A DNA stretch of 24,000 nucleotides from Peptococcaceae bacterium (GCA_900756555.1 CAAEKP010000020.1:25037-49036); one strand, 5' to 3'; numbered from the stretch's first letter, positions 8,305 through 18,030 are shown. Numbers and translations: made by a program. The notes: generated from the sequence alone by a model not told the origin.

Positions 8305-8331
8305 TTAGCACTCGAGGTGATAGAGTGCTAA
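8305..8331. promoter_or_regulatory. CIRCE operator (HrcA binding site)
   Basis: This is an exact match to the consensus TTAGCACTC-N9-GAGTGCTAA: ttagcactc gaggtgata gagtgctaa. The palindrome extends to attgttagcactc...gagtgctaacaat. Confidence 0.95.
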
Positions 8332-8362
8332 CAATATAGAAATGCAAAAAGAGGTGACAAGG

Positions 8363-9394
8363 ATGGAAATGGATAGCCGGAAGCAAAAGATTCTGGAGGC
8401 TGTTGTGCTGGATTATATTGAGACTGCTGAACCGGTAGGTTCCAGGACCATCTCTAAGAAATATAATCTGGGTGTCAGTTCAGCCACCATCCGCAATGAG
8501 ATGGCGGATTTGGAGGAAATGGGGCTGATTGAACAGCCGCATACATCGGCGGGGCGTATCCCTTCTGATGCCGGGTACCGCTATTATGTGGATTATCTGA
8601 TGGCTAAGAGTGATATCAAAGAAGAAGCGAAACAGCTGATCATCAAAGCTACGCAGGATAAACAGCAGCAGGTTGGCGAGGTTCTGCGGGATTCTATGAA
8701 GATGCTGGCAGAGGTTACAAACTGCACTACGGTGATGATGCTGGATTCCGACAGAGGTTCTACATTAAAGTTGTTACAGCTGATGCTGGTGGAACCGGGG
8801 AAAGCGTTGCTGGTGATTATCACCGAGGGTGATAAAATTGAAAATCGCTTCTTGGAAATTCCGGAAAGCATGACCAAAGAAGATTTGGAACTGGTATCCA
8901 TGATGATTAACCAAAATCTGCGCGGCTTAAAAGTGGATGATTGGCAGCACACAATTTTGGAAAACATTTTCCACAATTTAACGCGGCAGCGGCAGGTTGT
9001 GGATTGTGCGTTGGATATGTTATCTTCGATTTTGGACATGAATAAAAAAGATAAGAAGATTTATCTGGACGGCGGATTGAATATGTTGTCTCAGCCGGAA
9101 TTTAAAGATGTAAATAAAGTAAAAACGCTATTGCATTCGCTGGAACAGGAAGAAGTGCTGACACAGTTGATGGAGGGTGACAATGAAACCGGCATCACTG
9201 TAAAAATCGGCTCTGAAACAGGTCTGGATGAAGTGAAAGATTGCAGTGTGATTGTGGCAAGTTATAAAGTAAAAGGGGAAACCGTTGGCAAGGTAGGGTT
9301 GATTGGCCCAACAAGAATGGATTACGCCACGGCGGTGTCCATGCTGAATACCATGGCGCAGACGTTGGAAGAAGCTTATCAGGAAAAAGAATAG
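8363..9394 (+). CDS. hrcA: Heat-inducible transcription repressor HrcA
   Basis: The protein MEMDSRKQKILEAVVLDYIETAEPVGSRTISKKYNLGVSSATIRNEMADLEEMGLIEQPHTSAGRIPSDAGYRYYVD is a typical HrcA N-terminus. The start at 8363 was chosen because GAGGTG lies 6 nt upstream. The gene is first in the operon, right after CIRCE. Confidence 0.95.
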   Translation: MEMDSRKQKILEAVVLDYIETAEPVGSRTISKKYNLGVSSATIRNEMADLEEMGLIEQPHTSAGRIPSDAGYRYYVDYLMAKSDIKEEAKQLIIKATQDKQQQVGEVLRDSMKMLAEVTNCTTVMMLDSDRGSTLKLLQLMLVEPGKALLVIITEGDKIENRFLEIPESMTKEDLELVSMMINQNLRGLKVDDWQHTILENIFHNLTRQRQVVDCALDMLSSILDMNKKDKKIYLDGGLNMLSQPEFKDVNKVKTLLHSLEQEEVLTQLMEGDNETGITVKIGSETGLDEVKDCSVIVASYKVKGETVGKVGLIGPTRMDYATAVSMLNTMAQTLEEAYQEKE

Positions 9395-9406
9395 CGAGGG
9401 AATTCC

Positions 9407-10930
9407 ATGAATGAACAGCGGGAACAGAAATTTGATTTGTTAGATAACAACACAAATGCTGTGCGGGCAGTGATGGCGGCTGTAGAAAGCACCATCGGCC
9501 CTAAAGGGCTGGACACTATGCTGGTGGATCAGTTCGGCAATGTGGTGATTACCAATGACGGTGTGACCATCTTAAACATGATGGAAGTCAACCATCCGGT
9601 AGCACGGATGTTGATTCACTCCATCAATGCGCAGCAGGAGGAAGTGGGTGATGGCACCACCACAGCAGCGCTGATGGCAGGTGAAATGGTGACTCATGGG
9701 CTGGAGCAGGTCAGTAAAGGCGTGCCGGTGGCACAGGTTTTGACAGGTTTGCGTTATGGAGTGAAAGAGGCTTGCCGCCTGATGGAACGTGAAGCCATCC
9801 AGATTGGCAGTATGGATACCGGGCAGCTATATAATATTGCTTATGTGGCGGGCAGGGAAGATGAAGCAATTGCCAATTTGATTATGCAAGGTGCCAATCT
9901 GATTGGGCAGGAAAAACTGCTGGACAGTAACTTCCGCTTTTCCAAGAGGATTAAAGCGGTAGAGGGCACGGAAAGTGAAGCGCTCAATGGTGTACTCATC
10001 AGCAAGGAACGGCTGAGCCGTCAGATGCCGCTGGAACTGCATGATAACGTGAAAATCGCTGTAATTGACGATGTGCTGGAAGCGGAAGAAATTGATTCCG
10101 GCGCGTTGGCTACCGAGAGTGGTTTTCAGCAATATATGGTCTTAAAAGAGGAATTTAACGCGAATATACAGAAATTGATTGAGGCGGACGTGAATGCGGT
10201 GTTTGTAGACCGCGGCGTAGATGATTTGGCTGTAGAGAAGCTGGAAGAAGCCGGGATTCTGGTGGTAGCGCGAGTACCGCATCAGGAACTGGTGGATTTA
10301 GCGGAACATTGCGGAGCCAAACTGTTGAAACGCACAGGTTTGCGTAAATCGGTGGAGGAATTGCAAAAACATTTTGGTACAGCAGCGCATATCATAGGCA
10401 ATGAGAAGCTGGCACACATTAAGGTGTTGGGTGGCACTGGCAAAGCGATGGCAACCATTCTGGTGGGCGCTACCACTGGTGAAGTGATGGGTGAGAAAGA
10501 GCGCATCGCCAGGGATGCAGCAGCCAGTGTACAATCGGCATTGCAGAAAGGTCTGGTGGCCGGCGGCGGTGCTGCGGAACTGGCAGTGGCACGGCAGTTA
10601 GAGCAGAATAAAAATGCACTGTCTGGTATGGCGGTGTTTGGCGCTAACTGCGTGATTGCCGCATTAAAAAAGCCGTTTATGCAGATTATCACCAATGCTG
10701 GATTTAATCCACTGGAAAAACTGGGTGATGTGCATAAGGCACAGGAATTACAGAATAATCATCATCTCAGCATCAACTGTGATACAGGACGCATTGATGA
10801 TTTATATATTGCAGGCATCGTAGATCCGCTTTATGTGAAGCTACACGGGCTGAAAACAGCCGGTGAAGTGGCAGAGGCGATTCTGCGTATCAATATTATA
10901 GTAAAAAAGAAGGAATATCAGTCAACATAG
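9407..10930 (+). CDS. Archaeal-type chaperonin of the Cpn60/TCP-1 (thermosome) family; bacterial group II/III chaperonin
   Basis: Thermosome/CCT signature blocks are present: GPKGLDTMLV, ITNDGVTIL, HPVARML, QEEEVGDGTTTAALMAGE and VAGGGAAE. This is not the GroEL pattern. GAGGGA RBS lies upstream, and the gene sits between hrcA and grpE. Confidence 0.9.
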   Translation: MNEQREQKFDLLDNNTNAVRAVMAAVESTIGPKGLDTMLVDQFGNVVITNDGVTILNMMEVNHPVARMLIHSINAQQEEVGDGTTTAALMAGEMVTHGLEQVSKGVPVAQVLTGLRYGVKEACRLMEREAIQIGSMDTGQLYNIAYVAGREDEAIANLIMQGANLIGQEKLLDSNFRFSKRIKAVEGTESEALNGVLISKERLSRQMPLELHDNVKIAVIDDVLEAEEIDSGALATESGFQQYMVLKEEFNANIQKLIEADVNAVFVDRGVDDLAVEKLEEAGILVVARVPHQELVDLAEHCGAKLLKRTGLRKSVEELQKHFGTAAHIIGNEKLAHIKVLGGTGKAMATILVGATTGEVMGEKERIARDAAASVQSALQKGLVAGGGAAELAVARQLEQNKNALSGMAVFGANCVIAALKKPFMQIITNAGFNPLEKLGDVHKAQELQNNHHLSINCDTGRIDDLYIAGIVDPLYVKLHGLKTAGEVAEAILRINIIVKKKEYQST

Positions 10931-10955
10931 TAAATAAAGGAGTGTGACTTATCAC

Positions 10956-11519
10956 ATGTCAGAACAGGAAAAAGAAATCCTGGAAGAGGAAGTGAACACT
11001 GAAGTTTCAGAAGAAGCTGTGGAAACAGAGCAGACCGCGGAAGAAACTGAGGCTGTGGAAGAAACTGCTGAACTGGATGCAGAAAAGTTAGCTGTTGAAC
11101 TGGCTGAATTAAATCAGCGGTTCCTGCGGGTGGCTGCGGACTTTGAAAACTATAAACGGCGGACTGTACAGGAAAAAGAAGACTTAACCAAATACAGTAA
11201 TGCGAAAATGATGGGTGAGCTGCTGCCAGTACTGGATGCATTCCAACTGGCACTGAAAAATCCAGGCGAAAGCCAGGAAGCTCAAAATGTAATCAAAGGG
11301 GTAGAGATGCTGTATCGTCAGATTATGCAGGTGTTAGAACACGCAGGCATGAGCAAGATTGAAGCAGTGGGGCAGCCATTTAATCCAAATTTGCATGAAG
11401 CTATTATGCAGGTGGATGATGACAGTGTGCCAGAGGATACCGTTGTGGAAGAACTGCGGGCTGGCTATGTATTGAATGAACGGGTAATCCGTCCATCCAT
11501 GGTTAAAGTATCAAGATAG
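10956..11519 (+). CDS. grpE: Nucleotide exchange factor GrpE
   Basis: An acidic N-terminus is followed by the conserved RVAADFENYKRR block and a C-terminal beta domain (GYVLNERVIRPSMVKVS). The start is ambiguous: ATG at 10956 is preferred, and the ORF-track GTG at 10944 sits only 1 nt after the AAGGAG. Confidence 0.9.
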   Translation: MSEQEKEILEEEVNTEVSEEAVETEQTAEETEAVEETAELDAEKLAVELAELNQRFLRVAADFENYKRRTVQEKEDLTKYSNAKMMGELLPVLDAFQLALKNPGESQEAQNVIKGVEMLYRQIMQVLEHAGMSKIEAVGQPFNPNLHEAIMQVDDDSVPEDTVVEELRAGYVLNERVIRPSMVKVSR

Positions 11520-11572
11520 TTTAAATTTATTGTAACTCACAAATTGTGATATCTATTAGGAGGAATTTTAAA

Positions 11573-13396
11573 ATGGGTAAAGTAATTGGTATTGACTTAG
11601 GGACAACAAACTCTTGTGTAGCAGTAATGGAAGGCGGCGAAGCCGTAGTAATTCCTAATACAGAAGGGAACCGCACAACTCCATCTGTTGTAGGTATCTC
11701 CAAAACAGGGGAACGTCTGGTAGGTCAGGTAGCAAAACGTCAGGCTATCACCAATCCTGAAAATACAGTAAGCTCCATCAAACGTCATATGGGGACAGAT
11801 TATAAAGTTACGATTGCAGGCACATCTTACACACCACAGGAAATTTCCGCTATGATTCTGCAGAAATTGAAAGCAGATGCAGAAGGTTATCTGGGTGAAA
11901 CTGTAACAGAAGCAGTTATCACAGTGCCTGCTTACTTCACAGACAGTCAGCGTCAGGCTACAAAAGATGCCGGTAAAATTGCTGGTTTAAACGTACTGCG
12001 TATCATCAACGAACCAACTGCGGCTTCTCTGGCTTATGGTATGGAAAAAGGCGAAGATCAGACTGTTCTGGTATTTGACCTGGGTGGTGGTACATTCGAT
12101 GTTTCCATTCTGGAATTGGGCGACGGTATCTTTGAAGTAAAAGCAACCAGCGGTAACAACCGTCTGGGTGGCGATGACTTTGATGAAAAAGTAATTGACT
12201 GGATGTTGATTGAATTCAAAAAACAGACTGGCATTGACTTAGCCAACGATAAAACCGCTATGCAGCGTTTAAAAGAGGCTGCTGAAAAAGCAAAAATTGA
12301 GTTGTCCAACGTAACAAGCTCCAACATCAATCTGCCATTTATCACTATGAATGAAAATGGTCCACAGCACTTGGATTTAACTCTGACCAGAGCAAAATTT
12401 GATGAGCTGACTGCTGATTTGGTAGAAAAAACAATGGTACCAACCCGTCAGGCTCTGAAAGATGCTGGGTTAACAGCAAATGATATTCATAAAGTAATTC
12501 TGGTTGGTGGTTCCAGCCGTATTCCAGCTGTTCAGGATGCAATTAAAAATCTGCTGGGCAAAGAACCTTTCAAAGGCATTAACCCAGATGAATGCGTTGC
12601 TATCGGTGCAGCAATTCAGGGCGGTGTATTAGCCGGCGAAGTAAAAGACGTAGTTCTGCTGGACGTAACCCCACTGTCCTTAGGGATTGAAACACTGGGT
12701 GGCGTATTCACCAAAATCGTAGAACGTAACACCACCATTCCAGTATCCCGTCAGCAGGTATTCACCACAGCTGCCGATAACCAGACCTCCACAGACATCC
12801 ATGTTCTGCAGGGCGAACGTGAAATGGCACAGTACAATAAAACTTTAGGCCGCTTCACCTTAATGGATATCCCACCAGCTCCACGTGGTATCCCACAGAT
12901 TGAAGTTAAATTTGACATTGATGCCAACGGTATTGTAAATGTATCTGCAAAAGATTTGGGCACTGGCAAAGAACAGCGCATCACCATCAAATCCAGCAGT
13001 GGTTTGTCCGATGCTGAAATTGATCAGATGATTAAAGATGCTGAAATGAACGCAGAAGCCGATAAAAAACGGAAAGAAGAAGTAGATATCCGTAACAACG
13101 GCGATGCTATGGTATTCCAGGTAGAAAAAACTCTGAAAGATATGGGCGATAAAGTTGACGCTGCTGAAGTAGCAGACATTAACAAAGCTAAAGATGAACT
13201 GAAAGTTGCTCTGGAAGGTAACGACACTGCTGAAATCAAAGCAAAAACAGAAGCTCTGCAGGAAGTTCTCTATAAAATGACTGAAAAAATGTATGCAGCT
13301 GCGCAGCAGGCCCAGCAGGCACAGGGTGGCGCCGAAGGCCAGCAGCAGGCTCCTCATGAGGACGGCGTGTATGATGCAGAATACAAAGAAGTTTAA
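11573..13396 (+). CDS. dnaK: Molecular chaperone DnaK (Hsp70)
   Basis: [18 protein letters not shown]..., [22 protein letters not shown] and a C-terminal ...DAEYKEV. AGGAGGA RBS lies 8 nt upstream of the ATG at 11573. The longer ORF-track start was rejected. Confidence 0.98.
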   Translation: MGKVIGIDLGTTNSCVAVMEGGEAVVIPNTEGNRTTPSVVGISKTGERLVGQVAKRQAITNPENTVSSIKRHMGTDYKVTIAGTSYTPQEISAMILQKLKADAEGYLGETVTEAVITVPAYFTDSQRQATKDAGKIAGLNVLRIINEPTAASLAYGMEKGEDQTVLVFDLGGGTFDVSILELGDGIFEVKATSGNNRLGGDDFDEKVIDWMLIEFKKQTGIDLANDKTAMQRLKEAAEKAKIELSNVTSSNINLPFITMNENGPQHLDLTLTRAKFDELTADLVEKTMVPTRQALKDAGLTANDIHKVILVGGSSRIPAVQDAIKNLLGKEPFKGINPDECVAIGAAIQGGVLAGEVKDVVLLDVTPLSLGIETLGGVFTKIVERNTTIPVSRQQVFTTAADNQTSTDIHVLQGEREMAQYNKTLGRFTLMDIPPAPRGIPQIEVKFDIDANGIVNVSAKDLGTGKEQRITIKSSSGLSDAEIDQMIKDAEMNAEADKKRKEEVDIRNNGDAMVFQVEKTLKDMGDKVDAAEVADINKAKDELKVALEGNDTAEIKAKTEALQEVLYKMTEKMYAAAQQAQQAQGGAEGQQQAPHEDGVYDAEYKEV

Positions 13397-13432
13397 TAGG
13401 TAAAGCAATAGTATACAAGTAATCAGATATAC

Positions 13433-13493
13433 TGCACAGAAAAAGCGCAAGGAAACGGCTAACAAAGCTGTTTCAGATGCGCTTTTCTGCGCA
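13433..13493 (+). promoter_or_regulatory. Long imperfect stem-loop in the dnaK-dnaJ spacer; possible attenuator or mRNA processing/stability element
   Basis: The outer stem is tgcacagaaaaagcgca / tgcgcttttctgcgca (one mismatch, one bulge). The inner stem is aaacggct / agctgttt. No U-tract follows, and the dnaJ RBS begins 8 nt downstream. Confidence 0.4.
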
Positions 13494-13516
13494 GTAGGAA
13501 AGAGGAGGACCAGGCA

Positions 13517-14731
13517 GTGGCAAAGCGCGATTATTATGAAGTGCTTGGCGTAGAAAAAGGTGCCAGCGATGATGAACTGAAAAAAGCCTACCGAAAACTG
13601 GCCAGAAAATATCATCCAGATGTAAATCCTGGAGATAAAGAAGCAGAAGAAAAATTTAAGGAAATAAATGAAGCATATGAAACCTTATCCGATGCCAGCA
13701 AACGGGAACAGTATGACCGATATGGGCATGATGGCCCGGCTGGGGCTGGTGGATTTGGTGGTTTTGGCGGTGGTCAGGACTTCGGCGGCATGAACGATAT
13801 CTTTGATATGTTCTTTGGCGGTGGTTTTGGTGGCGGTCAGCAGCAGAGAGGACCAAGAAAAGGTGCAGACCTGCGTTATGATTTGACCATCGATTTTGAA
13901 GAAGCTGTATTTGGTACAGAAAAAACAATTATTCTGCCAAAATGGGAAAGCTGCAACACCTGTCATGGAACTGGGGCCAAACCTGGCACCAGTTCAACAA
14001 CCTGCAGCCGTTGCAATGGGACAGGGCAGATTTATACCATGCAGAAAACACCATTTGGTCAGATTCAGACTGCAAAAATTTGTCCAGAATGTGGTGGTGC
14101 AGGGACTGTTATCAAGGAACCTTGCACGGAATGTAACGGCAAAGGGAAAAAACGGGTCAACAAGAAAATTGAGATTAAAGTACCAGCTGGCGTGGATGTG
14201 GGTTCCCGTTTGCGCATGAGCGGTGAAGGTGATCCTGGTGAACAGGGCGGTCCTAACGGTGATTTATATATCTATATCAATGTGCGCAGTCATCCGATTT
14301 TTGTGCGGAATGAAGACGATATTTATATGGAACAGGCAATTAATATTGCGCAGGCATCCCTGGGGGCTGATATTCAGGTAGAAACTTTGGAAGGCAAAGT
14401 AACGCTGACTATCCCAGCCGGTGTACAGAGCGGTGCTAAATTCCGCATGAAAGGTAAAGGCGTTAAAAATATTAAGGGCTATGGCAAAGGCGATCAATAT
14501 GTAACCATTAAAGTAGTTACGCCAAAAAATCTGACGACGGAGCAGCGGGATTTATTAGAAAAACTGAACGCGACATTCAAAACAGAAAACCCGGAGCCAG
14601 AAACCGGAAAAGCAAAAGCGGAAGAAGTTAAAAAAAAAGACGAAAAAAACGAAGAAAATAAAAAGGGCAAAGGCTTTTTCGGCAAAATGAAAGATGCCGT
14701 AGAAGATTTATTTGACGGCGACGAAAACTAA
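13517..14731 (+). CDS. dnaJ: Co-chaperone DnaJ (Hsp40, type I)
   Basis: GTG start with AGAGGAGGA 7 nt upstream. It has a J domain ([10 protein letters not shown]...YHPD), a G/F-rich region and four CxxCxGxG zinc motifs ([32 protein letters not shown]). There is an extra Lys/Glu-rich C-terminal tail. Confidence 0.95.
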   Translation: MAKRDYYEVLGVEKGASDDELKKAYRKLARKYHPDVNPGDKEAEEKFKEINEAYETLSDASKREQYDRYGHDGPAGAGGFGGFGGGQDFGGMNDIFDMFFGGGFGGGQQQRGPRKGADLRYDLTIDFEEAVFGTEKTIILPKWESCNTCHGTGAKPGTSSTTCSRCNGTGQIYTMQKTPFGQIQTAKICPECGGAGTVIKEPCTECNGKGKKRVNKKIEIKVPAGVDVGSRLRMSGEGDPGEQGGPNGDLYIYINVRSHPIFVRNEDDIYMEQAINIAQASLGADIQVETLEGKVTLTIPAGVQSGAKFRMKGKGVKNIKGYGKGDQYVTIKVVTPKNLTTEQRDLLEKLNATFKTENPEPETGKAKAEEVKKKDEKNEENKKGKGFFGKMKDAVEDLFDGDEN

Positions 14732-14739
14732 AAAATAGA

Positions 14740-14784
14740 AGCGTTGATTATTTGAAGTAACATTCAGATAGTCAGCGCTTTTTT
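14740..14784 (+). terminator. Rho-independent terminator of the heat-shock operon
   Basis: A 17-bp stem, agcgttgattatttgaa / ttcagatagtcagcgct (three G-U pairs) with a 6-nt loop, is followed by a T-run at 14779-14784. Confidence 0.7.
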
Positions 14785-15077
14785 GTATTTGCAATTATTT
14801 TTTAGTAGAAATATGGTATTCCAAAAGATTCTCCTAATAGGAGTTTTAAAATGTATTTTAGAAGATTTGACGATTTTAGAGAATCTTTTGAGGAATCCTT
14901 CTGTTAAGCAAGATAAATTGGTAAGCAGCTTTATACTTTGTTATCAAAAAATTTTTCTGAAAATTTGTTGTTTTACAGGACAAAGCAGGCTGTGTGTGTT
15001 AAAATATTTGAGGACGAAATATATCGGCATATACGAAATTATATAAAATAAATATTTTAACAGAGGAGCTGGATATC

Positions 15078-16757
15078 ATGGGATTTAAAAGTGATATTGA
15101 AATTGCACAGGAAACACAGATGACCGTTATCAATGAAATTGCGGACAAGCTGGACATTCATGACGAGTATGTAGAAAATTACGGCAAATACAAAGCTAAA
15201 ATTGATTATCGGATGCTGAAGCAGTATCAGGATAAACCAAATGGCAAGCTGATTCTGGTAACTGCCATCAACCCAACCCCTGCCGGGGAAGGCAAAACTA
15301 CCACCACGGTTGGTCTGGGTGATGCTTTGTCTGCTATGGGCAAGAAAACCGTTATTGCACTGCGTGAACCATCTCTGGGGCCTGTATTCGGTGTGAAAGG
15401 CGGGGCTGCTGGCGGTGGCTACGCGCAGGTAGTGCCAATGGAAGATATCAACCTGCACTTCACAGGTGATATGCACGCAATCGGCGCAGCAAACAATCTG
15501 CTGGCTGCTATGATTGATAACCACATTCAGCAGGGCAATGTGCTGAATATCGACCCTCGTAAAATTACCTGGAAACGTTGCGTGGACATGAATGACCGTC
15601 AGCTGCGTTATATTGTGAGCGGTCTGCACGGCAAACCAAACGGTATGCCAAGAGAAGATGGCTTTGATATCACTGTGGCATCTGAAATCATGGCAATTCT
15701 GTGTCTGTCCAGCGATGTGGATGACCTGAAAGCAAAATTAGCAAGCATTGTAATCGGCTACAGCTTCAGCGATGAACCAATTACCGCTGGTCAGCTGAAT
15801 GCACAGGGCGCTATGGCGGCTCTGCTGAAAGATGCTCTGAAACCAAACCTGGTACAGACTCTGGAAAAAACACCAGCATTCATCCACGGCGGCCCATTTG
15901 CCAATATTGCGCACGGCTGCAACAGCATCATGGCTACCAGCATGGCTCTGAAACTGGGTGACTATGTAGTAACAGAAGCAGGTTTCGGTGCTGACCTGGG
16001 CGCTGAAAAATTCCTGGATATCAAATGCCGCAAAATGGGTGTACAGCCTGATGCAGTTGTTATCGTAGCAACTGTGCGCGCATTGAAATACAACGGTGGC
16101 GTAGCGAAAGCTGACCTGGGCAATGAAAATCTGGCAGCACTGGAAAAAGGGATGCCAAACTTACTGCGTCATATTGAAAATATCACTGCTGTATTTGGTT
16201 TGCCAGCTGTAGTTGCAATCAATCGGTTCCCAACCGATACGGAAGCAGAATTACAGTTAATTTATGATAAATGCAAAGAACTGGGCGTAAATGTTGCGCT
16301 GTCTGAAGTTTGGGGCAAAGGCAGCGAGGGCGGCAAAGAACTGGCCGAAGAAGTGGTGCGCTTAGTGGAAGGCAACACCGCAAAATTACAGTTCAGCTAT
16401 GATACGGAAGCAAGCATCATGGACAAAATCAATGCGGTTGTGACTAAAGTATATCACGGTGCAGGTGTGGATTATGCGCCGGCTGCCAAAAAAGAAATTA
16501 AGCGTCTGGAAGAACTGGGTTATGACAAACTGCCAATCTGCATGGCAAAAACGCAATACTCTTTCTCTGACACCCCAACCTTACTGGGTGCGCCAGAAGA
16601 CTTCCGCATCACCATCAGCAAAGTAAAAGTATCTGCTGGCGCTGGTTTTGTGGTTGTTTACACAGGCGATATTATGACCATGCCAGGTCTGCCAAAAGTT
16701 CCGTCCGCAGAAAAAATTGACGTGGACAATGACGGCAAAATTTCCGGTTTATTCTAA
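15078..16757 (+). CDS. fhs: Formate-tetrahydrofolate ligase
   Basis: A 559-aa protein with the typical FTHFS sequence: SDIEIAQE..., [36 protein letters not shown] and [22 protein letters not shown] lies upstream. Confidence 0.97.
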   Translation: MGFKSDIEIAQETQMTVINEIADKLDIHDEYVENYGKYKAKIDYRMLKQYQDKPNGKLILVTAINPTPAGEGKTTTTVGLGDALSAMGKKTVIALREPSLGPVFGVKGGAAGGGYAQVVPMEDINLHFTGDMHAIGAANNLLAAMIDNHIQQGNVLNIDPRKITWKRCVDMNDRQLRYIVSGLHGKPNGMPREDGFDITVASEIMAILCLSSDVDDLKAKLASIVIGYSFSDEPITAGQLNAQGAMAALLKDALKPNLVQTLEKTPAFIHGGPFANIAHGCNSIMATSMALKLGDYVVTEAGFGADLGAEKFLDIKCRKMGVQPDAVVIVATVRALKYNGGVAKADLGNENLAALEKGMPNLLRHIENITAVFGLPAVVAINRFPTDTEAELQLIYDKCKELGVNVALSEVWGKGSEGGKELAEEVVRLVEGNTAKLQFSYDTEASIMDKINAVVTKVYHGAGVDYAPAAKKEIKRLEELGYDKLPICMAKTQYSFSDTPTLLGAPEDFRITISKVKVSAGAGFVVVYTGDIMTMPGLPKVPSAEKIDVDNDGKISGLF

Positions 16758-16785
16758 TCTGTGAAAAGAAAATAGTGCAAAATAA

Positions 16786-16830
16786 AATAAGGCAGGAACA
16801 AAACCAATTTGGTAATGTTCCTGCCTTATT
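16786..16830. terminator. Bidirectional terminator between the convergent fhs and DUF1905 genes
   Basis: A 15-bp perfect stem, aataaggcaggaaca (16786-16800) / tgttcctgccttatt (16816-16830), has A/T-rich flanks on both sides. Confidence 0.7.
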
Positions 16831-16844
16831 GTGTTGTCTGCCGT

Positions 16845-17132
16845 TCAGTTTCGTTCTTGTATCACCACATGAATGGTGTCGCCATCCTGTTTGTTGAGCT
16901 TGCTGCGGATTGCCTTGGTTACGCCGATGATATAGCAGATAGAGCCGTCCGCATTCTTTAATCCCATATTGACGATACTGCCATCGTATGGTTCACCGTT
17001 GAATGTGGCGTGAACCTTTACGCGGCCTTTGCCAAATTCTGTGCGCAAATCCCACGGAAAAACAACATAAGCACCGCCTTTTTCGGGAATAGTGTGCAGG
17101 ACGGTATCGTATTCGTATTGTTTTAGCTGCAT
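16845..17132 (-). CDS. DUF1905-domain protein (95 aa)
   Basis: The protein PEKGGAYVVFPWDLRTEFGKGRVKVHATFNGEPYDGSIVNMG...GDTIHVVIQER fits the DUF1905 beta-barrel pattern. GGAGGA RBS lies 6 nt upstream. Confidence 0.75.
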   Translation of the reverse strand: MQLKQYEYDTVLHTIPEKGGAYVVFPWDLRTEFGKGRVKVHATFNGEPYDGSIVNMGLKNADGSICYIIGVTKAIRSKLNKQDGDTIHVVIQERN

Positions 17133-17253
17133 AGCAATTCCTCCTGGCAGGTATAGTATGGCTCAAGGCATTGATTCTATTCAAGCAGACAAGCACAGTT
17201 TTTTTGCTGTATATACACGCTTTTTATGCAGAATTTTGCGTTACAAGAAGGCA

Positions 17254-17670
17254 TCAGTGGCCTCTGTGTTTTTCTTTTTTCTTTTGCTGCTTTTGTTCAA
17301 ATAATTGTTCTGCTTTGGTCTCTTTTTGTTGCTTGCGTTTTAATTTTCGCTCTGTTTTCGTTAGTTCCTGTTGTTGTTTTAATGCTTGCTGCGATTTTGT
17401 GCCAATCCCGATTTCTTTTAATTGTTTTTTTACCTCTCGTTGCATCCGTTTTGGATTTTTCTTTGTTTCTTTCACAATAGCGTCAATGGCCAGACTGTAC
17501 TGCAAATTGCAGTAATGGGTTAAGATAAAATCATAAATCTCGTAATCCTTTGGCTCTGCACCAAAGGTTACTTTGCATACCGATATTTTTTTATTTTCTA
17601 TTTTCTCAAAAATTCCAACCCAAAATGGTTTCTCAAAAAATACGGTTAAGCTGCAATGTACTTTGTCCAT
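17254..17670 (-). CDS. yjdF: YjdF family protein (DUF2992)
   Basis: The start was trimmed to MDKVHCSLTVFFEKPFWVGIFEKIENKK... because AGGAGGG lies 7 nt upstream of the ATG at 17670. The conserved FWVGIFE core, the KNPKRMQREVKK block and the basic tail ending KKKEKHRGH are typical of YjdF/DUF2992. Confidence 0.8.
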   Translation of the reverse strand: MDKVHCSLTVFFEKPFWVGIFEKIENKKISVCKVTFGAEPKDYEIYDFILTHYCNLQYSLAIDAIVKETKKNPKRMQREVKKQLKEIGIGTKSQQALKQQQELTKTERKLKRKQQKETKAEQLFEQKQQKKKEKHRGH

Positions 17671-17810
17671 AGCAGTCCCTCCTGAAATGAATGATAGGAA
17701 CAAAGAATGGACAACCCGGAGGGGAAGGTTACTTACCCTATCGAAGATAGGACGGCCGGGCTACCTACCGGCTCTGGTACACCAATAAAATGTACGTTGC
17801 GTTTTTATCT
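17671..17810 (-). promoter_or_regulatory. Structured 5' leader of yjdF; candidate yjdF-motif (azaaromatic) riboswitch with an anti-SD element
   Basis: The minus-strand RNA contains the hairpins GUACA-N10-UGUAC, GCCGG-N8-CCGGC and CCUAUC-UUCG-GAUAGG. A CCCUCC tract about 45 nt upstream of the SD is complementary to the SD GGAGGG. The position upstream of a yjdF homolog matches the known yjdF motif association. I could not verify the consensus from memory. Confidence 0.45.
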
Positions 17811-18002
17811 TTGTATTTCTATAAAGCGTGTACACAGTATAGATAGAACACTTGTAGAATAAATTCAGAATTTGTCATTCTGCTTGCATCCTGTTAATTA
17901 TAGCACGTGCTTCTGAACATTGCTATCCCCTTTCTCTCTTCGTGAGAATTAGGAGCAAATACAAGATAAAAATTTACAGATACGACAAGAAAGGTTTTTT
18001 AT

Positions 18003-18030
18003 TTTACAGGCACTTTGGTACACTTATAGT
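18003..18030 (+). promoter_or_regulatory. Candidate promoter of the small toxin mRNA
   Basis: TTTACA at 18003-18008, a 16-nt spacer, and TATAGT at 18025-18030, about 40 nt upstream of the ATG at 18071. Confidence 0.45.

Noticed and set aside
8593-10695. Minus-strand ORFs (101-148 aa) within hrcA and the chaperonin gene
   Set aside because: They are antisense to conserved genes, with no RBS or motifs.
12860-13615. 251-aa ORF antisense to the 3' end of dnaK and the dnaK-dnaJ spacer
   Set aside because: It lies opposite a highly conserved gene. The product is low-complexity and Phe/Cys/Ile-rich, and there is no RBS. Long antisense ORFs opposite hsp70 genes are a known codon-bias artefact.
14783-15046. 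87-aa ORF in the dnaJ-fhs spacer
   Set aside because: It starts within the T-run of the dnaJ terminator and has no SD. The sequence is AT-rich and low-complexity, so I treat the region as non-coding.
14786-15077. ZTP (pfl) or THF riboswitch upstream of fhs
   Set aside because: One was expected from the known gene association, but I could not find the conserved G/C-rich ZTP core elements or a THF-like fold by eye. This needs cmsearch to exclude formally.
15057-15629. 190-aa ORF antisense to the 5' part of fhs
   Set aside because: It overlaps a confidently identified conserved gene, and it has no RBS or recognisable motifs.
17092-17515. Several plus-strand ORFs (70-114 aa) rich in Phe, Cys and Leu
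   Set aside because: They are antisense reading of the Lys/Glu/Gln-rich yjdF tail, which is T-rich on the plus strand. These are low-complexity artefacts.
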